DNA from: Flectonema sp. DT1601
Taxonomy: Eukaryota
Assembly (NCBI GenBank): GCA_964019425.1
Contig: OZ025789.1
Coordinates: forward strand, 806,001 to 870,000
DNA length: 64,000 bases
Direction of reading: 5' to 3'
The notes beneath the pieces are model-generated. The model did not search any database and was not told the DNA's origin. It saw only the letters and a list, made by a program, of their open reading frames with translations. Position numbers and translations under genes: made by a program. This document shows positions 53,601 through 64,000 of this stretch, one piece after another. Numbering within the stretch: position 1 is the stretch's first letter; the number at the start of each line of letters is the position of its first letter.

Positions 53601-56600
53601 TTTCTAATCGTCCGAAATGGTCAGACCGTTGCGGTGTATTCGATATCATCATTAGGAAGAAGAAAAGCTTTACTCAAAGAGAACAATAGCGGCAGGTGAA
53701 TAAGAAGAGTGGTCACAACATGGCAACAAGAGTTCCTTAAGATGTCGTGTAAGAAAATGAATTCTCACTTCGACAATTTGAACATTTTCTAATCGTCCGA
53801 AGTGGTCAGACCGTTGCGGTGTATTCGATATCATCATTAGGAAGAAGGAAAGCTTTACTCAAAGAGAACAATAGCGGCAGGTGAATGAGAAGCGTGGTCA
53901 CAACATGGCAACAAGAGTTCCTTAAGATGTCGTGTAAGAAAATGAATTCTCACTTCGACAATTTGAACATTTTCTAATCGTCCGAAATGGTCAGACCGTT
54001 GCGGTGTATTCGATATCATCATTAGGAAGAAGAAAAGCTTTACTCAAAGAGAACAATAGTGGCAGGTGAATGAGAAGAGTGGTCACAACATGACAACAAG
54101 AGTTCCTTAAGATGTCGTGTAAGAAAATAAATTCTCACTTCGACAATTTGAACATTTTCTAATCGTCCGAAATGGTCAGACCGTTGCGGTGTATTCGATA
54201 TCATCATTAGGAAGAAGGAAAGCTTTACTCAAAGAAAACAATAGCGGCAGGTGAATGAGAAGAGTGGTCACAACATGGCAACAAGAGTTCCTTAAGATGT
54301 CGTGTAAGAAAATAAATTCTCACTTCGACAATTTGAACATTTTCTAATCGTCCGAAATGGTCAGACCGTTGCGGTGTATTCGATATCATCATTAGGAAGA
54401 GGAGGAGATAAAGAGATACAATAAAGTAACAACAACATAACAGGAAAAAGGACTTCTTACTTTGCTTTTGTTATTTTGAAGAAGAAAGAAAACTATTCAG
54501 ATAAACCTTTAACGCAAACAGAATCCTGTCACGAGGGAAGGATGTCGAATAGATGTCTTCTCCTACTACGTCGGATACAACAAAAAAAAAGATGGGAAAA
54601 TAACATACCTGGAAAAGAGTATCGAACAGTTTCTGAAGACCTTTTGCTTTATTCAGAAGACGAAATAAGCGTCCGATTCGAAGGACACGTATAGCTGAGG
54701 CTCCCTGAAACGAAGACAAAAACAACGAGATTAGAGAAATAACAACAATTGTAAAGTCGAACTTATTCCAATTTCGAGAAAAGTAATTTCGAGGATACAA
54801 CGCCGTCAACTTTATTACAGTTTCTGTAACAAATATTGCAGTGAAAATATAATTTGATATTTGTTGTAGTTGGTCGTATGTTGTCGACTGTCCCTGATGC
54901 CTAACTGAAAATACAACCATATTCAATATAATACAGAGAGTAATAAAGTTTGAGAATCGTTCATGTTCGGCAATTCTATACGCAAGTTGTCGGATGTATT
55001 GAGTTGGTACCGGAGGGTTTATTTTAAATAAATTAGCCCTCATAAGTCTTTCATAACGAACATACTCTCTTTGAGACTCTGTAAGCATGGAAAACGGTCC
55101 TAGTTTGCTTCTCATTTTTGTGAATTCTGAGATTAGCGTTCCGACAATAAGATTTATTGCGAAGAAATTTCCGATTACATAAAACGAAACGAAGAACAGA
55201 GAAGCATGAGGACTGCTATTATATCGAACAGCATGATCAACTTGAGTGCTATCCATCCCATCGTACATTGGAGTTGTCCAACCATCGCCTAATGCCAAAT
55301 CAAATAAACTAAATATCGCAGCTCCTAAATTATCAAAATGACTGTCGTGTTGAATCCATCGAACGTCTTCTTCGTAAAAAGTTGAATTAATTGGCCCAAT
55401 TACTTCAACAATGTGAGTTCCATTGCAGTCAACTTTAGTAGTAAGCCTTCCATCAGAACAATGATAAAACCTTCCTTTGAAAAATTGAACTCCCAAAATT
55501 CCAAATATGAACACCAAGAAACCACACAGTACAAGTGACCTTGTTAACGCAGGAACACATCGGATTAATGCCTCTACTATGGTACGTATTTCATTGCTTC
55601 GAATGATTAAGCGAACGGTTCTCAGAGCTCTGAATAAGCCTATTGGGGGATAGAGAAGTCCACCGACTGCCATGATAGCAACAAAGAAGTCAACGCGATT
55701 CCAGGTGTCCCTCAGATATGGCATACCAACATCCGGGGGATAGAAACTGCCTTCAAGAGGAGGTGGATTCCAAAATCCAAGAACGAATATTTTAAGAAGC
55801 ATTTCTACTGCGAAGATAATCGTGAAGACGTAGTCTCCAGCGTCTAACACTGTTCGCATTCCTTGAGGAGCCCCAGGGTGTTCCATTGCTAAGAATATCA
55901 TGTTTGCAACGATAATCATTAAAATAAATATCTCAAAAATCGTACTATGAATAATCTTAGACAAGAACACCCTTGCTCTGTTATCTGATTCGAAAATACC
56001 CAAAGACGTTCCCAATAGTTGAACGTGTGTGAAAGCAAATATTTTATTTAGTTTTCTTGTCGGTACATGTTCAGCAAAAACAAAACTACAATCAGCCTCC
56101 TTAACAGTTACATAAAATGATGCTTGATCACCATCATTAAAACAACGACAGACTTCTTCGAGGGTCATTTCAGACACTATTTGTTGAGATCCAATTTCCG
56201 TGATCATCATTCCAACTTTCAGACCAGCCTTATCAGCGGGTGATCTGGCGACCACACTATCAACTATGAATGCTGCATTCTTCGAGTCAAAAGCAAAGTT
56301 GGCTCCGAGATCTTTAGCCGTTTTACACACCGTTAAGTTCTTCGAACCATCATTATTTGTTCTGGTAAACCTTCTTAACATCATTACGCTTGGTGACTTT
56401 GGTGGTGATAGCTGTAATCCGGGACACTTAAACGGGTCTTGAACATCTTCATTCACATCCTGTTCATTTTCTATTATGTCTCCTTGGTCTTTAGACATTG
56501 ATAAGGCCGCGAATAACGATCCGTCTTCATTCTCATCATCCATTTCATCAAGCATTGAGTCCATTTTATCTAGACTTATCGCAATAAAGACGTTGGTCAA

Positions 56601-58544
56601 TACTAAGTTTCCGATTGTAAATAATGATAGGAAGTAAATGACTGCCCATGTTCCTGTTGTTTTCATCGCACGTTGCATTACTGCTACCCAAGATTCACCT
56701 GATATTATTATAAAACAGGCGAGACTGGATTCCCAAAGTGAATTAAAATTTGGTCGTCCGTTCAACTTTCCTTCCATTATTTCCATACCGAGTATCGCGA
56801 ATATAAAAATCAACAATACAATCACCAAACTAACATAAACTGATTCTCTCAAACAGGAAGCAACCATTATTAACATCTTTTGAATAGACGGCCATCTTTT
56901 TATAAGTTTTAATGTTCTTAACATCCGGAATGCTCGGAGGGCTGTAAATGCACTCCCACTTCCACTGACTAAGTCAGGGATGGTTATTAATACAAGAAAG
57001 AAATCGAATGAATTATAACCTGACTTGAATGTTCTTCGAGGTCCGAGTCCAATTATTTTGAGTAGGATCTCAGCAGCGAATATAACGCCGCAGACGAGGT
57101 TTGCAATCTCAGATACACTTACTAACTTTGAATCCATGTCGTGGTGATCAATAGCTAGGAATGTTATGTTGACAACCGTCACAAATAGAACAAACTGTTG
57201 AGACACTTGGTGAAGTACAAAATCTGATATTCTCAATCTCCAAGCAGGTCTACTGTCTTGACTTTCTATCTCTTGAATTGGTAATGGCGTCACAGGTAGT
57301 TCTGCTGTCCTCCTCCTCCTCGATGATGAGGTATTTCTATGCCTCTCTCTCACTGAAGCATTTAGGTTTGCATTCGTTGGTGATGTTGCAATCTGAGATT
57401 CCGCATTGTCATTACTGAGTCTGAATTTAAAAGCATCGACAACATTCTTTACAGCTATCGTACTCTTCCTCGCACTCCTCGCTGATATACCTGATCCTCT
57501 TGGAGCGTTTTGAGCTTTGAGCATCATCTCATTCTTATTCCTATAGTACGCAGATATGAGAACAGCGAGGAATAAGTTAGTTCCGAAAAAAGCACCAAAA
57601 ACCGTACACAAGGTGTAAAATATCCATGCGTGAGGAGAATAAGCAGACATGAGTCGATCCATATCCTGAGGCCAATCATCCTGAGAGATTACTTTAAAGA
57701 CAAGAAGTAAAGCTCTAAAAATATTATCATAATTTAATATGGATTCAACCTTTGGGAAGTCTTCTGCATTCAAACACGATACAGTCGCGTGAGGAATCGG
57801 ATCACATGTGACTGTACCTCCACATGGTTGGTCTTGCATATTTCTTTGAACGAACGGAACAACAGGAAAAGTCATATTATAGTATTCCTCATCGTAGTAA
57901 GATACAACACATCTGTTGTTAAGTGATCCTCCGAATAGTTGAATTCCGAGTATTGCGAATATGAAGTTTAAGAACAACAATAACAAAACGTTATCAAGTA
58001 TCTGAGGAATACTACCGAACAGAGCTCCCATGAGAACTTTCATTCCCTGAACACGAGAAAGCGTTCTCAAAGGTCGGAGAACACGAAGTAGTTTTATGAC
58101 TGAAAACGATCCAGCAACTCCCGCAACAGATACCAAACTAGCAACGACAATAATGAGATCGAGAACATTCCATGGAGTCCGTAGATAAGAATCTTTATGA
58201 GCGATAAACCCTAATGCGATTACTTTTATTATGAGTTCGAGTGTGAAACAAGTAGTGAATACGATCTCTAAAGGAAAGAAGGAATCATTCAAAACATCAG
58301 ACGGGATCTTCGCGTATTGTAAAGCCATCGCTAACGTATTCAATAAGATAATCACAAGTATGATATTTTGAAACCACTGATTCCGATAAGTCATAACACA
58401 AGCTCTTCTCAACGCATTCTCACGAGACAAACATACCAACGAATCACTTGTTGGTACCTTAGGAACGACATGCGACGCTTTCGGATCATTTTTCGACTTA
58501 TGAACTCCCGTCGGTATCTCGAGCAAAATCGCTCCACTAGCCAT
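50653..58544 (-). CDS. Four-domain voltage-gated Ca2+/Na+ channel alpha subunit (~1739 aa) with internal PDZ domain; exons 58544-54609, 52022-51699, 51612-50653
   Basis: Four S4 helices (KLLRVLRPLRTLSR, ALRAFRMLRTLK, FRALRTVRLIIR, IRVLRIGRLFRLL); pore loops SQDDW, SGESW, LGDGW, TTEGW; phase-0 introns 54608-52023 and 51698-51613. Confidence 0.92.
52221..54400. repeat. Intronic tandem array 2: ~11.8 units of 185 bp
   Basis: T(G/A)AGAAG(A/C)GTGGTCACAAC recurs at 52221, 52406, 52591 ... 54256 with a period of 185; lies inside channel intron 54608-52023. Confidence 0.97.
54256..54392 (-). ncRNA. Candidate structured small RNA with box C and CUGA (5'-most of 12 copies); 3' end uncertain
   Basis: AUGAUGA at 54392-54386, CUGA at 54364-54361, then hairpins CA(C/U)UUCG...CGAAGUG and CACGACAU...AUGUUGUG; host-gene sense. 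Confidence 0.4.
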
Positions 58545-60084
58545 GACAGCTATTAGGTTCTACCCATAAAGAGGTTAGCCCCCAAACATATTATTCTTTA
58601 TTATATTACTTTTACTATGATGATGTTTCTTTCTACTGATTAAGATAAAAGAATATGAATTTTCGTTTATAGTTCAAGCAAATTCAAGATATAAAATAAA
58701 GAAAGGTACGTTTGGAAGCCTTAATCTTATACTACTCGTCTCTTTTTTTTTTTTTTTTTGACTTTCAGAAGCAACCTTCGAGTGATCGAGTAGCTAGCTG
58801 AGTAAAGTTAGTCTTTTATTGGTTATCACATCTAAGTTAAAACATCGTAAGGACACCAAAAGAATAAAAACAAGAACGAAATAATTTGGCCTCAGGCTTA
58901 TGTATAAGTTAGAATATGTCAATCAAAAAAAAAAAAAAAAAAAATCGAAGGAAAACAAACAAATAATGGTTGGTTTCGGGGCTAATTAAAAAAAAAAAAA
59001 AATTCTTCGGACCATTCCCTTACCCAGCCCTCTTCAGCGAAGAAAGTAAGGGAGACACTGCGGTATCAGGCTTAAGTTAGAATATGTTAGTACTTATGGC
59101 TGTCAGTCAATTAAAAAAACAACAAAATCTCAATCAAATACAAAAATTCTTAGGAAAACAAACAAATAATGATATTGGCGTACCATGTTAGTTAGTATTA
59201 TTAATTTTTGTATTGAAAAGTGAGAATAAAAAATTAAGATAAGCAAAGGAAAAGTTTTCATCTCTGCAGTTTCCTAACATCTAGGGCTAGGGGGTAATAA
59301 GAAAACGAAGTTTCAGGCCTTAATCTTATACTACCTTGTCCCTTTAAAAAATATATGGAAAAAAAAAAAAAAAAAAATCAGAAAAAAAAAAAATCTGCTA
59401 TTTCTACTTACTCCCTTTAATCTTCTGTGTCCCTGTATAAACATAAAATAACAAGTAAACGACCCATTTCAAAAAAAAAAGACAGCATTAATAATAACTT
59501 ACTGACATTAATAAGTATTATTTTGATATGTTTCACTCGATAAAAAAAACCGATGAGAACATAAAAAAAAGTTGCAAAATATTGAAAGAACATCGTCACA
59601 ATGGCCCTGTTAGATAGATAGATAGATAAGGAAGTCCAATACATTGCGTACTGTGCATCGCTGATACAGCAAACTAGGGAGCCATCGGGTTAACACCCTA
59701 GAGCTACGAGGCAACAGCAACGTAATTAGACCCAATCTTATTAGGATTGTTTTATTATAGCTTGTTATAGTCAAACTATCAGGGTACACATAAAAAATAA
59801 AGTAGCAACTTTTTTTTTGGAGAAAAAAAAAAAAAAAAAACGAAATAAATTACAAGTCAAGAAGGAATAAAAAAAATAAATAAATAAATAATAATACAAA
59901 ATACGATCTTGTCGGTCTCAAACTCAATTGTATCAAAAAAAAAACTTTCTGGTAAACAGGTATTGGTTTCTTCTTTAAGGCATCCATACCAAAAGTTATA
60001 TTAAAATAAGGATCGAACAGTTGAGATCGCTTATTCAGATTATTTTGGTAGGAGAGTGAAAAACCTTCTTAAAAAAAATATATA

Positions 60085-61271
60085 TCAGTCATTCCTTTTT
60101 TTTGTGAACAAAAAACACCATTTTCTCACCGCCTGAGCAAGGTTACACGATATGTTACTTTTGCTCGATTTTTTATTTTTTGGAATCGGGGAGGGTGCGA
60201 TCTGTAAAATTAGGCATAGGGATATACTTTTAAACATGGTAAGTGCTGCTAAAAAGAGATAAACGTCTCTTTGCAAGATTTCCTTGGTACTACTCAATGA
60301 TAAATATTAATCCCAGACCTGGAATGGAAAGATCGAGAAAATCTGAGTAAAAAACACCCCTAATTTTTTTTTTTTTACTATTTTTTTCCCTTCTACCGCA
60401 CTCAAGAGATATGCACCTTTTTACTAACAAATCAACCCTAGTAGCAATTATGTAAGGAAAATGTTGCATCTGTGGTGGTGATAATGGCCCACTTGTTGGA
60501 AGCTTCCCTGAAGTAGTTGTCAAAACATTGGTTCGACGTGCTGAGAATATTACTTCTGAGTCACGTGTCACCATCACCAACTACACCCTCGTGTAAATCA
60601 GGAAACCAGAGCCTCACTCAGGATATCACCGAATGGTGGATGTCCGAGGCATCAGAACCATACAATACAGGGATCTGTTGGGTATAAAATAGTCAAATCT
60701 CACCCGCCAAGTAGTACCTCAGGGGTCAGATAGCACTACTGAGGAGTCAGACAGCACTTCTTCCGAGTATGAGAAGTCTTCCATCAGCACTAGCTATGAT
60801 GATGATGATGATGATGATGATGATATCACTTCATGTGGCTCTCATAATTCATCATAAGTTGTGACTTCATATAAAGAAAGTGTTGTACAAGTGTTTTCAT
60901 TAAGTATCAAAGTAGGTCCAAAAAGACAGGTAGTAACAATCTGCCTCACCGGCACATGCTTAGTACTCTTTAATATATTTTTGCTCGATTATTTTTTCTC
61001 TGGATCCCGCTGGGCCAGCAGTGTAAAATTAGACCCTTCGATTAATTTTTAGTTTTGGTACTTGTCCACGGCTGAGCTGATTTAGTAAACCACAAAATCT
61101 CTTTTCTCAATTCGGGTGACAAGTATGTGATGCCAACCTCCCGATTTCGGACGGAAATGAACCCAACGATGCAGCGCATTAAAATGCCGCTTCGATCGAA
61201 ATTTTTACAATTTTTTTTTGAAAATCTTTTTCAATGTCCAAAATTTGTTCGCAAAAAAAAGGAATGGCTGA
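60085..61271 (+). mobile_element. Non-autonomous TIR DNA transposon, 1187 bp, flanked by (TA)n
   Basis: 28-bp TIRs at 60085-60112 (TCAGTCATTCCTTTTTTTTGTGAACAAA) and 61244-61271, 2 mismatches, TATATA on both sides; degenerate internal direct repeats near 60125-60290 and 60945-61062. Confidence 0.8.
60411..60857 (+). pseudogene. Decayed reading frame inside the TIR element
   Basis: One frame from ATG 60411 to TAA 60857 with internal stops at 60453, 60594 and 60690; ends in a Ser/Asp-rich tail including (GAT)8. Confidence 0.4.
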
Positions 61272-61511
61272 TATATAAAAAAAAAAAACGAGCGATTTTG
61301 TTAGTGTTGAAAAAAAATAATCACAGATAGCTAACCATCTTGCTCAAACGTACGGTTTAACACGTCGTGTATGATTCAACAAAAAAAAAAAGTAATGAAA
61401 TTCGACTAGAATCTTTTTGTTTCTTTTTCATTTCTTTTTTTTTCTCATTCAAATTCGATTGAAGAATAAAAACCAGTCAGACGAGCGTTATATTTTTGTT
61501 GATCGCAGACA

Positions 61512-61545
<34 letters not shown>

Positions 61546-61917
61546 GGAGGGTGAAGATATAATTTTGAGAATATTTATAAAGACATAAATATAAATGTAT
61601 CAAATGTTCAACTATTTATTAAAAATGAAATAGATATAACAGAAATATCAATTCTCAATCAGAAAGTAATTTCCTTCCTTAACGACTTTTGTTGGTACAA
61701 ACAAAAAGGGGAGGTGGGGGAAAAAGGTATGTTAACCACACTTATGCAACCGCTGGTGCCTTGCCAAAGACTATAGACGATTGTTAATGTAGAGTACGGA
61801 ATAAGAAATAAATTATAAAAGAAAAGACGGAAATTTTTTTTTCATTTTAAAAAAAATAATGCATCAAGATTCTTGATGTTTTTTTTATTATTTTCAAGTA
61901 CCACCTTACGAAGTTAA

Positions 61918-62801
61918 TCAGTTTTGCGCAGCCTTAGAAAGTCGACTAAGGACAGAATCAAGAGAAGACTGTATTTTGAAATTATTACTCACGGTTGTGT
62001 TATTATTCATAAAAACAAGATTGTAAATCATACCTTCTGCGAATCGTATACCCCAGCTTCGGTTAATTCCTTGACTGCCTGTTCATTAAGTCCACCGGGA
62101 GTTTGCTCAGCAATTAAATTTTTGAAAGCTGAAGGTGTTGTCTTACTGTAATGAGCAGCATCAAATGAGATACAGTGGTAGAAAGCACCAACGAATTCAG
62201 ATGACACTTCTGAAGAAACACCTTGTGTAGATAACCACTCTTGAAGAGCTTGGCACTGAGCGTAGAATGGACCCATCATTGCAGTTGTTGTTTGAAGTGC
62301 TCGTTGGTGGTCCTCAACTTCAATCTCAACAACAGTTCCTAACAATTCAAATAATCCTTTTACAACTTCATTACTTGGACATACTGATGTCACACCACGT
62401 TGGTGTGCAACAGGTGGTAGTGGTACAGCCTTGCATACTTTAACTCCACCCAATGCTTCAGAACAAGCAGCAATTGGTAATGTTGCTATCAAGTTTACTA
62501 TAAGTTTGTTAGTTCCTTTAACTTCTGGATTCAAATCGTTCATAGCAGATTCCGCAACCTTCGGTACAACTCCCAAAAAGATGATATCACTGTGCTTAGC
62601 TACTTCCGCATTATTCTCACAGCGTTTAATCATATCTCCGTATGTTGAGAGGAGTTCAGCTACCTTTTCAGCACCTCTCGGTGAAACATAAATCGGAAAT
62701 TTGAATTTTCCCGTCTCAGCACCAGCCTTACATAATCCTTTTATTATCGAACTGTTGATAGTCCCAACTCCTACAAATCCGAGTGACGGAAGGGAAGACA
62801 T
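61918..62801 (-). CDS. Pyrroline-5-carboxylate reductase-like NAD(P) oxidoreductase; exons 62801-62034, 61968-61918
   Basis: Rossmann LGFVGVGTINSSIIKGL, IYVSPRG, SDIIFLGVVP, AVPLPPVA, EQTPGGLNEQ; phase-0 intron adds SSLDSVLSRLSKAAQN*. Confidence 0.82.
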
Positions 62802-63076
62802 GTTTGTGGTGAGTCTACTGATATTGATAAAACAATACAATCAGAAATTATATTATTCAGTTAAGGTAAACAGTTCTATCATTGTATGCTTGTGACCTGG
62901 TAAGTACAAAAGTGAGTACCAAAAAAAACAAACACAATGTTAACTATAATGAAGCAACGTGACAGCCCACAGTGTTTTGGATAGAATCGTGGATGAAGGG
63001 CGTTTCACGTAATTGAGAAAGGGGGGGGAAAAAGGAAGCGGGGAGAATGAAAAAAAAGGATCAATATTGAGGGTTT

Positions 63077-64000
63077 TCAGTGCGCAAGCAAATTTTTTTC
63101 CATTACTCGACTGGCCCAATGACCTTCTTCGATACCCTCAAGGAATTCTGCGTTGACTATTTTAGCTCTTTGATTCAACCACATCCCATCTTCAGAATCA
63201 ATACGGAGATACAATCCTTCGATGGTTTCCTTTGTGTAGAAGCTCTTTGTTGCAAGCAGAGACAGGATATCATCTTTTGTTGGATGTACCTTCGCCGATA
63301 ACGTTTTTACAACACTGATTGAAGTCTTTGAGAGGAGAAGATCACGAGCTGTGATTCCAAGGAATCGACAAGTTCTTTTATCATACAGATCGAAAGCAAT
63401 AAAATAATCAGGAAGAGCTGTATAACTAATACCATGACGAGCAACCATCCATTCTCCATAAAGGGAATAACGGTCTGAGAGAAGTTCAAAAAGTTCTGTT
63501 TTGTGGGTGTCATACCAAAGTTCTAGACGACTCCACTGAGTTCCAGACGATGAATTAATAAGCTTCCCTCTATTCTTAAATATAACCTGGTAGCTTTGGT
63601 CAAATGAGATGCCGAGATTAGCTCCATCGATCTTCTCTTCAATCGTAACATAATTATCATGGAACGGTTTCACATCATCGGCACTCATTAATAGGTCATC
63701 TCTACCAACAGATCCAACTCCATACAGATGTCTGGTTCTGGGAAACTTTAATACCGAATAATTCTTTTCACCACATTCTTGGAGGATTGGAATTCGTAGT
63801 CGGATGGTGTTCTCATTTTTTGTTTTAGTGGAATCGACAGTCATGCCGTCTAATAACGAACCGTAGCAGTGCATTACACTGGCTGGGTATTCTGAAGGTG
63901 ATAGCGAATTACTCTTAATCTCAACAAACGCTGAAAATATTTGATTTTGAGATATAATCAGCGACATGTGTGGATACCCACTCCCAGAGAGTGATTTCTC
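63077..64000 (-). CDS. ATP-dependent RNA ligase-domain protein (Rnl2/REL-like fold), 5' end beyond window
   Basis: KFPRTRHL, motif I EEKIDGANLG, LYGEW, YFIAFDLYD, EGLYLR, RAKIV; frame stays open from 63967 to 64000 (EKSLSGSGYPHM). Confidence 0.85.
   Translation of the reverse strand, partial: EKSLSGSGYPHMSLIISQNQIFSAFVEIKSNSLSPSEYPASVMHCYGSLLDGMTVDSTKTKNENTIRLRIPILQECGEKNYSVLKFPRTRHLYGVGSVGRDDLLMSADDVKPFHDNYVTIEEKIDGANLGISFDQSYQVIFKNRGKLINSSSGTQWSRLELWYDTHKTELFELLSDRYSLYGEWMVARHGISYTALPDYFIAFDLYDKRTCRFLGITARDLLLSKTSISVVKTLSAKVHPTKDDILSLLATKSFYTKETIEGLYLRIDSEDGMWLNQRAKIVNAEFLEGIEEGHWASRVMEKNLLAH

Noticed and set aside
41451..54400. CRISPR array interpretation of the two tandem arrays
   Set aside because: Units are near-identical along their full length with no unique spacers, there are no cas genes, and the context is eukaryotic introns.
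41451..54400. Hammerhead ribozyme, SL RNA or 5S genes in the repeat units
   Set aside because: No CUGANGA plus GAAA core on either strand, and no recognisable SL exon or 5S sequence.
54460..54525. Extra channel exon upstream of array 2
   Set aside because: It has an in-frame TAG in phase 0, and the direct 54609-to-52022 join already gives a normal IVS4-S5 linker.

Overview
AT-rich eukaryotic DNA with about 21 protein genes, all on the minus strand. Genes have short GT-AG introns, and many have a pyrimidine-rich AG just upstream of the ATG. This suggests a trans-spliced directional gene cluster as in Euglenozoa, probably a diplonemid (inference). Genes include a GT10 fucosyltransferase, CCDC153-like protein, PPIH, HGH1-like protein, TRF4-like poly(A) polymerase, GH31 glucosidase, NSUN2/TRM4, GRAM and CFAP20-domain proteins, three tandem Snf7 paralogues, a four-domain voltage-gated channel, a ProC-like reductase and an RNA ligase. 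Main highlights: (1) a ~2180-aa membrane protein fusing Cys-rich repeats, a clan GH-A hydrolase, a 4-TM module, an acyltransferase-3 domain and an egghead-like GT2; (2) two different intronic tandem arrays (18 x ~181 bp and ~12 x 185 bp) whose units begin near a box C (AUGAUGA), carry CUGA boxes and hairpins in the host-gene sense, and are candidate ncRNA arrays; (3) a channel with a PDZ domain in its II-III loop and a D/E/D/E filter; (4) two decayed TA-flanked TIR transposons. Exon models and family calls come from manual reading and motif recall, with no database search.
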